Virus record (IMG/VR): IMGVR_UViG_3300037258_000301 | Coordinates: 87,625 to 151,624 of that record | Origin: a virus | Length of the DNA: 64,000 nt | Direction: 5' to 3' (one strand) | In this document: positions 29,601-38,999 of the stretch, piece by piece | How positions within the stretch are numbered: the stretch's first letter is position 1 | Layout: each line of letters opens with the position of its first letter | Notes under the pieces: generated by a model | Databases searched by the model: none | The model's input: only the letters and a program-made list of their open reading frames with translations | Told to the model about the DNA's origin: nothing | Translations under genes and position numbers: made by a program

Positions 29601-30309
29601 GAAGACCTCCAAGTGCAACTCCGGGCACGTCGCCGTCCTCAACAAGATCGGTGCGTTCGAGTCCATCACCGGGCACCGGCGCTGGCTGGAGCTGAAGCTG
29701 GAGTTGGAGGCCGTCCCCTCTTCGGGTGCCTGCGTGAACCACTCCGAGGACCTCGACGAGCACGAACTGCCCTGCTCGTTCGACTGGAGTTCACTGCCCC
29801 CGGCGCTGGGCAAGACCGGCAAGTTGCTCGCGAAGCAGCCTGGCCCTCCGAAGAAGTGTTCGCGCGCCTGCAAGCAGTTCCAAGCCCGACAGCCCGAACC
29901 CATCGACCTGGTGGCGCCTTACACCGCCGAGGACATTCGCCGGATCGAGGACGACGTGCTCGGTGTGTTCCTCTCCTCGACCCCGTTCGACCGATTGGAC
30001 CCTGCTGACCGCGAAGAGTGTCTCACCGCCGAGGAGGTACTCACCGCCGAGCCAGGCCGCTACCTGGTGGCCGCGATCATCAAGAAGATCAAGAACCACT
30101 GGGACAGCTCCGGTTCGGCGATGTGCTTCCTGGAGGTGGCCACCGAGCGAGGCCAACTGCCGGTGACGGTGTTCGGCTCCGCCTACGCGGAGATCCGCGA
30201 TCAACTCGTCCGGGGCTCTCTGTGCCTGCTGCTGGTCAAGCACGACAGCCGAGGTCAGATCCTGGACGAGATCATCAACCTGGACATGATGGAGAGCACT
30301 GATGCCTAA
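26644..30309 (+). CDS. dnaE: DNA polymerase III alpha subunit
   Basis: PHP 'FVHLHAHSEYSPLDG', 'AITDHG', 'GRGSGGG', 'PDFDLDF', 'HPAG', 'KFDLL', 'FAKYSFGYAHA', C-terminal OB fold. Confidence 0.95.
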   Translation: MHTLIESYSPSATVTIADQTFPERCLLEDEDGQRLMLVRDTIKVADYTHAVSHGAGMIVRTEPRLAFVLNETFSESVHPDTGDDTYFLDSRYWTAHENLPTFFEAFQARYAPKSENSNFVHLHAHSEYSPLDGLSTPEEMVNAAVRMGQKAMAITDHGTCAGQPAFQIACDKGGIKPILGIEAYFVDDRSVRENRYDYWHLILLAQDQEGLRNLWAMSTESFRDGYYDRKPRLDWETLERYAEGVLCSTACLRGPVVDPYLKGDTERAVSNLGRLKAIFGDRLYAEIHANQIPDQIKANRWLTETARTYDVPLVAVCDSHYPTSADADAHRVWLSITTNKDVTDDSSLFQGQQDYSLRDEVDVRVALSYLAPDEVDEAVANTSVIAERCTARIEKRLHMPVYSRRSAEYPDPVARDKERLFELCMQRWEERTTGKTKSQDVYLARFEREFNLIVEKGFPGYFLIVWDIISHAKRNRVMVSPGRGSGGGCLLAYLLGITELDSVEDDILFERFMTKGRTELPDFDLDFPSSKKQFMFDYIAGRWGRDNMAIVGTHMRLKNKSVFKDVSRALKSQLPEGYYLDIENICKIVDNAEADTAGLGLSYEQLFAKVGEELEPYREKYPEVFRWADLLNHRLKTYGTHPAGIVIDTEAPLTENLPLRAGDNGMVTQFALEALESLGYVKFDLLNLRNLDTLQICCDLIKEHTGRDIDPYSFTREELSDPMVFERIGAGWTLGMFQINTHQGTRLCTRYKPQTLVELAHVLTLVRPGPSRSGLTDLYLRRRETGEEITYPDERLRSILGHTEGIMLFQEQLMQICLVIANYTDVEADKVRKILGKKKVELAKEEGRKFIAAAVDNDTDEKVAIQLWEQMEEFAKYSFGYAHAMGYGTFTYWTGWLMCHYPLYMLCAALSSVKAEEIPTFVEEARRMGYAVLPPDINLSRRGFTVDPANMAVRYGLESVDGVGPVAVDALLAAQPFADWEDFVERKTSKCNSGHVAVLNKIGAFESITGHRRWLELKLELEAVPSSGACVNHSEDLDEHELPCSFDWSSLPPALGKTGKLLAKQPGPPKKCSRACKQFQARQPEPIDLVAPYTAEDIRRIEDDVLGVFLSSTPFDRLDPADREECLTAEEVLTAEPGRYLVAAIIKKIKNHWDSSGSAMCFLEVATERGQLPVTVFGSAYAEIRDQLVRGSLCLLLVKHDSRGQILDEIINLDMMESTDA

Positions 30310-31360
30310 GAACGCGGTCGAGAGCGCCCTGGAGAAGTTTCAGGCCCAGTTCGACAAGAGCTTCGGCGAGGGGGTCATGCGTCGAGCCACGCAGATGCCC
30401 GGCTACGACGTGATCCCCACCGGCTCGCCCTCTCTGGACTATGCCATGGGCAGCGGTGGTTACATCCGGGGGCGTTTGACGGAATTGTGGGGGATGCCCG
30501 GTTCTGGCAAGACCACCATGTCGTTGATCGGGATGGCTGAGGCGCAGAAGGCGGTGCCGGATCGCATGGTGGCCCTGGTGGACGTCGAAAAGACCTATGA
30601 CCAGGACTGGGCGGTCGCGCATGGCATTGACACCACTCGTCTCATGGTCATCACCCCCACTACGGCCGAGGACGCCGCCGACCAGATGAAGAGCCTCATT
30701 GAGTCCAACTTGTTCTCGGCGATCACTCTCGACTCCATCGGTGCCATGCTGCCGGCCAAGGAGGCTGAGAAGGATGCTGGAGACGCGGTGGTGGGAATGG
30801 GGGCCAAAGTGGTGACGCGCATGGTCAAGACTGCCACCAACAAGGCCACCGAAAACCATGTCGCGATCATCCTGATCAATCAGGTCCGCGCCGCCATCGG
30901 GTCGTTCGTCGGTCCCGACACCACTACGCCCGGAGGTTTCGCTCTTCGACACTGCACCACGCATGTCCTGAAGCACCGACGTACGCGGGAGACCCCGAAG
31001 TTCATCGGAACGAAGGAGTACCAGGTACAGGTCGGCCATCAGATCGCGATCAACGTAGAGAAGAACAAGGTCGCCCCGCCCAAGCGCACGGCCTACCTAT
31101 GGATGTTCAACCAGGCCACCCCCGAATACGGGCCCGTCGGCATCGACAAGGTCACCGACGTGTTCAACCTGGCCAAGCAGCTGGACCTCATGCACCGATC
31201 CGGCGCTATGTACACGCTGCCTGACGCATCCAAGCACAACGGGGAACCAGCCGTCATACCGTACCTGCGGGCCCACCCCGAGGTCTGCGACATGCTCCGC
31301 ACCAAGGCTCTGTCGTTGGCTGCTGACACCCTCGCCGACGAGCCTCTCCAGGAGGGATGA
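30302..31360 (+). CDS. recA: RecA recombinase
   Basis: 'IPTGSPSLD', 'GMPGSGKTT', 'DSIGAM', 'INQVR', 'TPGGFAL', 'KNKVAPP'. Confidence 0.95.
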   Translation: MPKNAVESALEKFQAQFDKSFGEGVMRRATQMPGYDVIPTGSPSLDYAMGSGGYIRGRLTELWGMPGSGKTTMSLIGMAEAQKAVPDRMVALVDVEKTYDQDWAVAHGIDTTRLMVITPTTAEDAADQMKSLIESNLFSAITLDSIGAMLPAKEAEKDAGDAVVGMGAKVVTRMVKTATNKATENHVAIILINQVRAAIGSFVGPDTTTPGGFALRHCTTHVLKHRRTRETPKFIGTKEYQVQVGHQIAINVEKNKVAPPKRTAYLWMFNQATPEYGPVGIDKVTDVFNLAKQLDLMHRSGAMYTLPDASKHNGEPAVIPYLRAHPEVCDMLRTKALSLAADTLADEPLQEG

Positions 31361-31713
31361 TGCTCGGCATTGGCATCGTGATCGGGGCAGTCTTCCTGAT
31401 CCTGATCGGCATCGTCTTCTTCGCTACCCGTCGAGACCACCCCCCGACCCCTCAACGGGTCCCTGAGCCGCCGAGCCCGGCAGAGCTGACCGATGTCATC
31501 GCTCCGCTCCCGTGGCTCTACGGGCGCCCGATCAGGCACCGTTATGACCCCGAGGAGTTCACGGAGTCGCTGAGCTGTCTCACCTGCGCACAGCCGATCC
31601 TGCCGCAGGCCGAGTTCTGGGAGGTTCCTCTCCTCAATCAAGGCCCCGACGTGCTGATCGCGATCTGTCTTCAGTGCGACAGCCGCAGTCCTTACGACAA
31701 GCTGGAGATTTGA
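31357..31713 (+). CDS. Membrane-anchored Zn-finger protein
   Basis: N-terminal TM helix, CLTC and CLQC. Confidence 0.55.
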   Translation: MMLGIGIVIGAVFLILIGIVFFATRRDHPPTPQRVPEPPSPAELTDVIAPLPWLYGRPIRHRYDPEEFTESLSCLTCAQPILPQAEFWEVPLLNQGPDVLIAICLQCDSRSPYDKLEI

Positions 31714-32072
31714 TGGTCAAGCCACTGACGACTCGGGCTATGAGCGACAAGCATGAAATCTTCCTGGCGGACCTGTTCGATGGCCGGCGTTCAGTCGGTA
31801 GTGGGAACCAGTTCAACGATGCTGCCGACGGTCGCAACGACGTGTTCACTCCTCACGCAGCAGCCTGGGACGGCAAGGCCACCCTTGGCAAATCCCACTC
31901 CGTCTCGTTGGACACTTGGGACAAGCTCGTCGAGCAGTCCCACGGCTTGATCCCGGTGCTCGCCCTGCGCTGGTACGCCAACGAGCGACTGCATATCACT
32001 CGTGACCTCGTGGTGCTGGACGTGCACGACTTCGTCACGATCCTGGAAGCCGCCCGCAATGTCCACCAGTAG
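31713..32072 (+). CDS. PD-(D/E)XK Holliday-junction-resolvase-like endonuclease
   Basis: 'HE..LA.LF.GRRS.GSG...D..D...DGKAT' pattern. Confidence 0.65.
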   Translation: MVKPLTTRAMSDKHEIFLADLFDGRRSVGSGNQFNDAADGRNDVFTPHAAAWDGKATLGKSHSVSLDTWDKLVEQSHGLIPVLALRWYANERLHITRDLVVLDVHDFVTILEAARNVHQ

Positions 32073-32796
32073 CGCGGTGCTTCGCGGCATCCTACGAGAG
32101 CATCGCGACAAGAAGGTGCTCTCGCCGATCATCCGGGCCGCACTGCACGACCCGAACTTCAAGGGCTTCCCGCTACAGGTGGAGGGCTGGACGGCGCGTC
32201 CATACGACGGCTGGTTTCATCCGTCCACTCACGCCACCAAGACGGTTGACGAGTTGATCGACTACCTCACGCACCCCGAGAACCACCAGCCTGAGGAACA
32301 CCCGCCGCTCGTCTTCGTACTCGCGGTGACCCAGGGCAAGTTCTGGCATACGTTCATCCAGCGTCTCCTTCTGGACCATGGCATCCTGCTCCAGGATGAG
32401 GTTCCCCTGATCGATCCCACCCGACGACGCAGAGGGCACACCGACGGTCTTCTGGCCAATGGTGAACTGCTGGAAATCAAAACTTCCTCCTCTCGCTCCT
32501 TCCGGAAGTTCACCAACTGCGCCGATCTCATCGCCAATGAGCCCGGCTACTACGCTCAAACTCAGGACTACCTCGACATGGCCGAGGCCGAATACATGCG
32601 TTACCTCGTGATGTGCATGGAGAGCCCTTACGAGTTCTCCGAGTTCCTCGTGCCGGCTGATGGGCTCTTCCAGACCGCTCAGCGCCGCAAGTACCGGGAG
32701 GCCGTCGAGACCGCCGCTCAAGGACAGATCTATCACATTCCCATCCCCACGCCCGAGCAGTCTTCCGCGCTGCTCTACGGCACTCCACTGCATTGA
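32059..32796 (+). CDS. Cas4/RecB-like PD-(D/E)XK exonuclease
   Basis: 'FHPS', 'GKFWH', 'GHTDG', 'LLEIKT', 'YYAQTQDYL'. Confidence 0.75.
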   Translation: MSTSSAVLRGILREHRDKKVLSPIIRAALHDPNFKGFPLQVEGWTARPYDGWFHPSTHATKTVDELIDYLTHPENHQPEEHPPLVFVLAVTQGKFWHTFIQRLLLDHGILLQDEVPLIDPTRRRRGHTDGLLANGELLEIKTSSSRSFRKFTNCADLIANEPGYYAQTQDYLDMAEAEYMRYLVMCMESPYEFSEFLVPADGLFQTAQRRKYREAVETAAQGQIYHIPIPTPEQSSALLYGTPLH

Positions 32797-32802
32797 GGAA
32801 CC

Positions 32803-33426
32803 ATGAACACTGACGCTCTCACCGCGCTGCGCATCAACGCACGGACGAAAGCTGCCGCGCTTCCCGTCTGGCGCGCGCCTCTTCTGATCGACCTGCATCC
32901 TGGTCGTGTGTTGGCCTTCGACCAGTCCCTGGCCGCCTGTGGAGTGGCCGTGTTGACCTTCGACGGTCAGACGCTATTTCTGCGTGATGCTCATGTCATG
33001 CAGGTCCCCGCAACTGATGCCAAACGCAGCCGTGAACACGGCCTACGACGAGCTGAGCTATTGGTTGATGCGATCATCAACTGGTATCAACGTAGTGTGC
33101 CAGACGATCAATGGTCGGTCGTCTACGAAGCGGTACCTGAGGGTGGATCTATCCATGCACCCGAGTCATCACTGCTGGGGGCTATGGCGGTTCGCATGGC
33201 CACTCGGACCTTCCGGGGTGCACCGCCCCTACTAGATCCAGTTCCTGCCCAAAGCCACAAGAAGTTCGTTTGTGGCAATCGTAATGCCACCAAGAAAGAA
33301 CACCACGCCGCGCTGATGGAGTTGACGCGCGCCTTGGGTGTCCGTGGCGCCGAACTCTTGACCAATGAAGGCAAGCGTGACGCTTTCTCAGTTGGGCTCT
33401 ACGCATTGGCCCAAAGTCATGGCTGA
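32803..33426 (+). CDS. RuvC-like resolvase
   Basis: 'VLAFDQSLAACGVAVL', 'VYE', 'KKFVCGNRNATK', 'RDAFSVG'. Confidence 0.75.
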   Translation: MNTDALTALRINARTKAAALPVWRAPLLIDLHPGRVLAFDQSLAACGVAVLTFDGQTLFLRDAHVMQVPATDAKRSREHGLRRAELLVDAIINWYQRSVPDDQWSVVYEAVPEGGSIHAPESSLLGAMAVRMATRTFRGAPPLLDPVPAQSHKKFVCGNRNATKKEHHAALMELTRALGVRGAELLTNEGKRDAFSVGLYALAQSHG

Positions 33427-34099
33427 CCCGCAGAACATCCGCAAGTCAGGGAAGACCACCGCCGAAGAGGTGACCAAAGAGGAGTGCACCGAGGAGAAGC
33501 TCACCGAGCCTTTGGGCACTGTCGGTATGGAGGTCGAACCTCATCGAGATCGTCTTGTTCGGCCGTACTTCCAACGGATGCGCACCGAGTGGAACTCCGA
33601 TCAGAAGATGGTTCTCCAACGTGTCCATCATCGTGTCGAGAAGCAGATCCAGGAGGTTTTCGCTGAAGCCTTCGACATCATGATCGAGCTTTACGACGTG
33701 GTTCGCACTCGGGTGGTTGACGTTGACGCTGACGACGTCTGGGAGAAGACCTCTTCGGGTGCCTACCGCGAGGACTGGGGCAAGCTCACCCACAAGCAGC
33801 GGGAGCGGTTCCTGTTCCTGATCACGACGCGCCTGTTCACCTGGGAGCAGCAGGCGGCCGGCCTGAACTTCGAGGCGGTGTTCGCCAAGGCCGAGTGGGA
33901 ACAGAGCTTCGCCACCGGTTACGAATCACTTCCCGGTACCCGACCGACCATCGAGGACCGCACCTCCCGGGCCCGGCTCACGTCGCAGGACGACTACTAC
34001 TTTGCCTTGATGCGAACGTATTTCTCTCGCCGAGCTGACGCGGTGGTCCGCAGCATGAGTGGTTTAGCTCAGCGGTTAAAAGACGTACACACCGTCTAG
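33419..34099 (+). CDS. Hypothetical helical protein
   Basis: 226-aa ORF from ATG 33419 with phage-like codon usage. Confidence 0.65.
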   Translation: MADPQNIRKSGKTTAEEVTKEECTEEKLTEPLGTVGMEVEPHRDRLVRPYFQRMRTEWNSDQKMVLQRVHHRVEKQIQEVFAEAFDIMIELYDVVRTRVVDVDADDVWEKTSSGAYREDWGKLTHKQRERFLFLITTRLFTWEQQAAGLNFEAVFAKAEWEQSFATGYESLPGTRPTIEDRTSRARLTSQDDYYFALMRTYFSRRADAVVRSMSGLAQRLKDVHTV

Positions 34100-34188
34100 C
34101 TGCTCAAATGACGTCTAGGTCGTGACTTGCCAACATCGACAAGTTCGACGCATCATGTGCACATCAGCCTCAACGCTCACTCCGGGGT

Positions 34189-34920
34189 GTGGGATCGGAG
34201 GTGAGTTCCTGGTGTGCACATGATGGGACGCTGCCTGTGAGAAGAACCGCATCTCGTGCTGGCGTGGCGGAATTGAGAAGCCTCTTCCGTCATCTTGAAG
34301 AGTTGCGGTCGCTCTATGAGGCCAAAGGTACTGACGAGATCATCACTCCAGATGGAAATCATTGGTCTCTCTGGGATCTCGAATACCTTTATCGGGAATC
34401 GCAGAAGCTGGATAATCTCACTCTTCGCCAATCTCAAGCCATTCAACTGTGCTTAGTCGACGGTCTGTCCGAACGAGAAGCATCTCATGTCATCGGTACT
34501 CGTCCGACCAATCCCGTAGCGATCTATGCAAACCAGGGCTTGGCTCGACTGTTGGAGTTGATCGACAATGGTCGTCTTGCTCGTTTCCGCCCGCTGCCCA
34601 ATGAAGATGAGTTGCTCCGTCAGCGTCGTCAGGTCACTTTGGAGCGTCTAGCTGGCCAGATCAAGTCCAGCGTCACCATCGAGACGAACGGCTGTTGGAT
34701 CTACCCACTCTTTCATCCCCGGATCAATCCGGTTATTGCATTGCGTGCATCTCACTCTCCGAATGGTGTCGTTTACGTTCATCCTCTCTGGGTCATGTAT
34801 GAGGCCCTCGTCGCCCCGGTTCCTATTGGGCAGCGAGTTACCCATCATGACCTTTTTCAGTTCTACTATCGAGGCTGTGCCAATCCGGAGCACGCCATTC
34901 TTGTTGAGGAGTCGCAATGA
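34189..34920 (+). CDS. Sigma-70 region-4-like HTH protein with C-terminal His-Me finger (HNH-like) remnant
   Basis: 'LTLRQSQAIQLCLVDGLSEREASHVIG...YANQGLARL'; C-terminal 'NGCWIY...YEALVAPVPIG...H...CANPEH'; start uncertain. Confidence 0.6.
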   Translation: MGSEVSSWCAHDGTLPVRRTASRAGVAELRSLFRHLEELRSLYEAKGTDEIITPDGNHWSLWDLEYLYRESQKLDNLTLRQSQAIQLCLVDGLSEREASHVIGTRPTNPVAIYANQGLARLLELIDNGRLARFRPLPNEDELLRQRRQVTLERLAGQIKSSVTIETNGCWIYPLFHPRINPVIALRASHSPNGVVYVHPLWVMYEALVAPVPIGQRVTHHDLFQFYYRGCANPEHAILVEESQ

Positions 34921-35225
34921 GGGTGAGGTATGGAGTTCACGGTCCATTGGAAGAAGCAGCCAACGAATTCATACGTCAGTCCCTACTCACGGTGAAGAGT
35001 CGTGAGGAGAAGTCAGACATCCTCACGCCGTGGAAAGAGCATCATCGTCGATCCGTCGAGGTCTATTCCTCGATGGGGGTCCCCGACTCGGCTTTCCGGC
35101 AAGGCATCTTCAGGCGGGCCCGCAACAGGACCAAAAGCTATCTGAACTCCTGTGATGGAGTCATACAAGGTCGACGTGGTGAACATGAGGGCTTCGCTGA
35201 CTTCGCCGCCGACGAGGAGTACTGA
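34917..35225 (+). CDS. Hypothetical protein
   Basis: Coupled overlaps on both sides. Confidence 0.6.
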   Translation: MRVRYGVHGPLEEAANEFIRQSLLTVKSREEKSDILTPWKEHHRRSVEVYSSMGVPDSAFRQGIFRRARNRTKSYLNSCDGVIQGRRGEHEGFADFAADEEY

Positions 35226-35929
35226 TGGGTGGACGTGGCCTGATCGCTCCGATACGCAATTCGTTGGTACAGATCCGGATCGGCAATCAGATCTACGATG
35301 CCGTTCGCGAGCCCCGCTGCAAGACCTGCATGCATCCGGCTCGCATGGACATCGAGACCATGATCGTTGAGAACACAGCCTTCACGACCATCGCCGAGCG
35401 GTGGTCGGACGTGGAGTACACATCCTCCTCGGGCGGCCTCGTCGTACTGCCTACGATCAGCGCCTCGTCCATTCGCAACCACTACAAGGCGCATCACATC
35501 CCCCTCCAGGCCGCCGTGCAACGCCAACTCGCCGAGAAGCGCATGCAGGAGATCGGCTACCAGCTGGAGGAGGTCGGCGGTACGTTCGTCGATCACGTCA
35601 CGTTCAACCAGGTGGTTCTTCAGCAGGCTCAGCAGCGGCTGGTGCGGGGTGAGATCCGGGTCGAGGTCAAGGATGGTATCGCCGCCGCGAAGTTCCTTGC
35701 CGACGCCGAGGCGGCCACCGGTAGCGACATCAACGCCGAGGCGTGGTCGCAGGCCATGGAGGTCTACTTCGCGGCAGCTCAGAGCATCATGAATCCGGCT
35801 CAATGGACCCAGTTCGTGCGCTCTCTGCGCAACAACCCCATCCTCAAGGCGCTGGAGGCTCGAATCAGTGGCCAACAGCCCCCACCCGAGGCCATTCCTG
35901 CTGGCCGCGACCCCTATACGGAGGGATGA
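35225..35929 (+). CDS. Possible terminase small subunit / HTH protein
   Basis: 'RCKTC.HP...IE...FTTIA...SIRNH..HH' motif; close upstream of TerL; function inferred from position. Confidence 0.4.
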   Translation: MGGRGLIAPIRNSLVQIRIGNQIYDAVREPRCKTCMHPARMDIETMIVENTAFTTIAERWSDVEYTSSSGGLVVLPTISASSIRNHYKAHHIPLQAAVQRQLAEKRMQEIGYQLEEVGGTFVDHVTFNQVVLQQAQQRLVRGEIRVEVKDGIAAAKFLADAEAATGSDINAEAWSQAMEVYFAAAQSIMNPAQWTQFVRSLRNNPILKALEARISGQQPPPEAIPAGRDPYTEG

Positions 35930-36132
35930 GCATGCTGGTGTGGGTGGTGGGTGTGAACGTCGTGGAGGATTGGGCCATCTGTGGCGCCTTCTCCACCAGG
36001 GAGAAGGCGGTGGCATGTTGCACCACGGAATATCACTACGTGTTCCCCTTGATGCTTGACGACTGGCTGGGTGATAAGCACACCCCCGCACCGGCCGAGT
36101 ATCCGCTACTGGAGAGGAACTCCGAGACATGA
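35926..36132 (+). CDS. Small hypothetical protein
   Basis: ATGA overlaps on both sides. Confidence 0.5.
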   Translation: MSMLVWVVGVNVVEDWAICGAFSTREKAVACCTTEYHYVFPLMLDDWLGDKHTPAPAEYPLLERNSET

Positions 36133-36503
36133 TCGACGTCAACGATGAGGAAATCCTACGCATCGAGAGAGGACCTTTTGCCTGGATGCGCGCGAAGCAG
36201 GCCACCTCGATGTCTCTGGAGGACTTCCGGCGCACAGCTGAGAACAAGTTCGCTGATGTCGGGTTCCGAGCCAAGGTGACCGCCTACACGACCACTCAGG
36301 AGGGCGTCTACGCCTTCGACGTCGAGATCCAGGGGCGCATGGCCGGCGCCGGCCAGTTCGACCCTGACCAGCTCGCTCACGAGGTCCAACACAACCTCCT
36401 GGAGCTGCCCGGCAAGCACGAGGGCGCGATCAAGACCGACAAGGGGGCGGTCCGCGCTCTGCTCTCTGGTGATCGCCCGGGTCCAGGTGGTCATCACCAC
36501 TGA
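36129..36503 (+). CDS. Hypothetical protein
   Basis: 124-aa ORF directly before terminase. Confidence 0.6.
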   Translation: MIDVNDEEILRIERGPFAWMRAKQATSMSLEDFRRTAENKFADVGFRAKVTAYTTTQEGVYAFDVEIQGRMAGAGQFDPDQLAHEVQHNLLELPGKHEGAIKTDKGAVRALLSGDRPGPGGHHH

Positions 36504-36505
36504 CC

Positions 36506-38476
36506 ATGAGCCTGCTACTTCCTACTGACTTCACGGCATTCACCGGCGTCGACATCCCCGACCCGGTGACTTTCGTCGTGGGAGAACACTGGCTGAACCG
36601 GCCGATGCTCTATCCCCGCCAGGCCACCGTGGTCAAGCTGGTGTTTCTGCGTACGGACTTACTCACCGACTATGACCACCAGGTCATCGACGAGTGGGAG
36701 GAGTCCTTCCGGCGTACGGGCAACCGAGGCATCGTTCCGGACATCCGACAGCGGGCCGACCAGCTCCGGGAGATGGGCTACCAGCACTTCCGTGAGGTGC
36801 TGCTCGTTCTCGGACGTCGAGCCGGTAAAGGCTATCTCTGCGCCCTGCTCATGGCCTACGTCATCTGGCAGTACATGGCCCTGGGTGATCCGCAGGGCTA
36901 CTACGGCATCGACCGGGACAAGCAACTCGCCGCGTTCCTCTACGCCGGCAAGAAGCAGCAGGCACGCGTCAACCTCTGGCAAGACCTCGTTCACATCATC
37001 CAGGGCAGCGAGTGTTTCCAGCCCTATATCTCGCGCTCCCAGGGCGAGTCTCTGACTATCTACGCACCCTACGACCTGGTGCGAATGAACAAGCTGGCCC
37101 ATCGAGGATTCCAGACCACGATGGATCAGGCGACGTTCCTCATCGAGCCCAAAGAAGCCACGATGATGTCCGGTCGTGGACCGGCTTCCTGCATCCAGGG
37201 CTACGACGAGATGGCGCACATGGTCACCGCCGGGGGTGCGTCCCGGTCAGCCGAGGAAGTATGGAACGCGGCTACTCCGTCATTGGACCAGTTCCGCAAG
37301 GATGCCTTCATCGTGGAGCCGTCTTCACCCTGGCAGATGATTGGTCAGTTCTATCAGAACTGGCTCAACTCGTTGCTCCTCGATGAGGACGGCGTGCCCG
37401 CGTATCCGAACATCTTCATGCTTCAGCTGGAGTCGTGGGACATCTATCAGGACTGGGAGTTGGCCCATGTACTACCACTGTTTCCGCACGACTTCGAAGG
37501 AGACCTGAAGGAGTACCAGGGGAATCCTCATCCGAAGCTGGAGAAGCTCAAGGGCGCCGTGCAGACGTACGACTCCGAGATGCAGAAGCTGGAGATGGCC
37601 AACCCCGAAACCTTCGCTGTAGAGCGTCGCTCTCATTGGCAGTCGGTTGTTGATGCCTACCTCGACCCGAAGAAGATCGAGGCGATGTTCAACCCCGCAT
37701 TGGAGATGAAGACCGAAGGTACCCTCAGCATGTTCTACAAAGGACATGCTGACCCGTCGACCGTCAACGCCAACTACGGCGTAGTCATTGGGCACCCAGA
37801 GACGCGGGACGGCATCATCCACGCCGTCATCGATCATGTGCACTTCTGGCGCCCCAGCGACTTTCCCGACAACATTATCGATTACATCATGGTCGATGAG
37901 TCACTCTGGAAACTCATCTATGGATTCAAGTGTGATGAGTTCACGTTCGACCAATACAACTCGGCCGGTTCGATTCAGCGTCTCCAACAACATGTGCGCG
38001 AGTCGCAAGTCCCCAAGCGCATGCAGATCTACGAACTGACGGCCACCGCCGCCCATAACTGGGAGCGGGCCGAGAACTTCAAGGTGGCGCTCAACCAGGG
38101 GTGGATCGAGTGTCCGCCGCATGAGCAACTTCAGCTTGAGCTGAAGTTTCTCCAGCGCAAGGACACCGCAACCACCCATAGAGTGGACAAGCAGGACACG
38201 GGACCCGTAACAACCAAAGATATTGCTGACTGCATCATGGAGGTGGTCTGGACGCTGCTCGGTGACCAGGTGCATTCCTACACCCACGGCGCCCTGAGCA
38301 ATTTCCAGCTGCAAGTGGGCCTTCAGGGTGGCATCAATCCGCATGCCCGGGAGATGAGTGCCGCCGACAGCCACACCTTTGACCAGCTCGGAGGACTGTC
38401 CGGCCGGCAACGCAACGCGGTCATGCGGGGTGGGGGCCTTAACGCCGCTCGCAACGCCTATCGTCGCCGGTCATGA
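36506..38476 (+). CDS. Terminase large subunit
   Basis: 'LYPRQ', Walker A 'GRRAGKG', Walker B 'YDEMAH', 'SSP', nuclease 'HADPS', 'FDQYNS', 'TKDIADC'. Confidence 0.88.
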   Translation: MSLLLPTDFTAFTGVDIPDPVTFVVGEHWLNRPMLYPRQATVVKLVFLRTDLLTDYDHQVIDEWEESFRRTGNRGIVPDIRQRADQLREMGYQHFREVLLVLGRRAGKGYLCALLMAYVIWQYMALGDPQGYYGIDRDKQLAAFLYAGKKQQARVNLWQDLVHIIQGSECFQPYISRSQGESLTIYAPYDLVRMNKLAHRGFQTTMDQATFLIEPKEATMMSGRGPASCIQGYDEMAHMVTAGGASRSAEEVWNAATPSLDQFRKDAFIVEPSSPWQMIGQFYQNWLNSLLLDEDGVPAYPNIFMLQLESWDIYQDWELAHVLPLFPHDFEGDLKEYQGNPHPKLEKLKGAVQTYDSEMQKLEMANPETFAVERRSHWQSVVDAYLDPKKIEAMFNPALEMKTEGTLSMFYKGHADPSTVNANYGVVIGHPETRDGIIHAVIDHVHFWRPSDFPDNIIDYIMVDESLWKLIYGFKCDEFTFDQYNSAGSIQRLQQHVRESQVPKRMQIYELTATAAHNWERAENFKVALNQGWIECPPHEQLQLELKFLQRKDTATTHRVDKQDTGPVTTKDIADCIMEVVWTLLGDQVHSYTHGALSNFQLQVGLQGGINPHAREMSAADSHTFDQLGGLSGRQRNAVMRGGGLNAARNAYRRRS

Positions 38477-38506
38477 CTTCGTCGACTCAGGGATTTCTTC
38501 TACCCT
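38477..38506 (+). promoter_or_regulatory. Phage promoter element copy, probably giving a leaderless mRNA
   Basis: TTCGTC(38478)-17-TACCCT(38501) with GACTCAGGG spacer; ATG lies 7 nt after the -10. Confidence 0.6.
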
Positions 38507-38513
38507 GATCGCC

Positions 38514-38999
38514 ATGACTACCCACAGTCCACCCACCCCGCTGGCTGACTACGCCTACGTGCCGGTCGCCCACTATCTGTCCCAGCCACTGCGCATCCAT
38601 GTGCTGGGCTCTCACGGCCCTGATCACTCCGACGTCCTGGTATATCACCCGGACGCACCTCCGGAGACAAAGATGCTGGCCAACGTCCTCATCACTGACG
38701 AGTGGTTCGCCCGTCCCGGGCACGCCATGTGGCCCGGATATCAGGGGGAGCGCAGCTGGGCCCAGATCGCTGAGCAGACCTACCAGCAGGTGCAAGAGGA
38801 ACGCGATCTGGCTCGACGCCTGACTGACCTCGGCATCTCTCGTCGGCTTCGTCATTATGCTGGCGTGGGTGGCACCTCCCACGAGGCCGGCGAGGCCGAT
38901 ACCCAGCTGACCTTCAGCCATGACGAACTGGACTACCTCCTGACCCTGGCCGAACGCGGTAAGGAGGGAGGCACCTCGGCGACTCAGGAGAGCACATGA
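38514..38999 (+). CDS. Hypothetical protein
   Basis: ATG 38514 at the predicted +1. Confidence 0.55.
   Translation: MTTHSPPTPLADYAYVPVAHYLSQPLRIHVLGSHGPDHSDVLVYHPDAPPETKMLANVLITDEWFARPGHAMWPGYQGERSWAQIAEQTYQQVQEERDLARRLTDLGISRRLRHYAGVGGTSHEAGEADTQLTFSHDELDYLLTLAERGKEGGTSATQEST

Noticed and set aside
14839-32796. DinG plus Cas4-like nuclease as a type IV CRISPR system
   Set aside because: The genes are 15 kb apart, there are no Cas5/6/7 genes and no repeat-spacer array; the Cas4-like gene sits in an ordinary RecA-resolvase block
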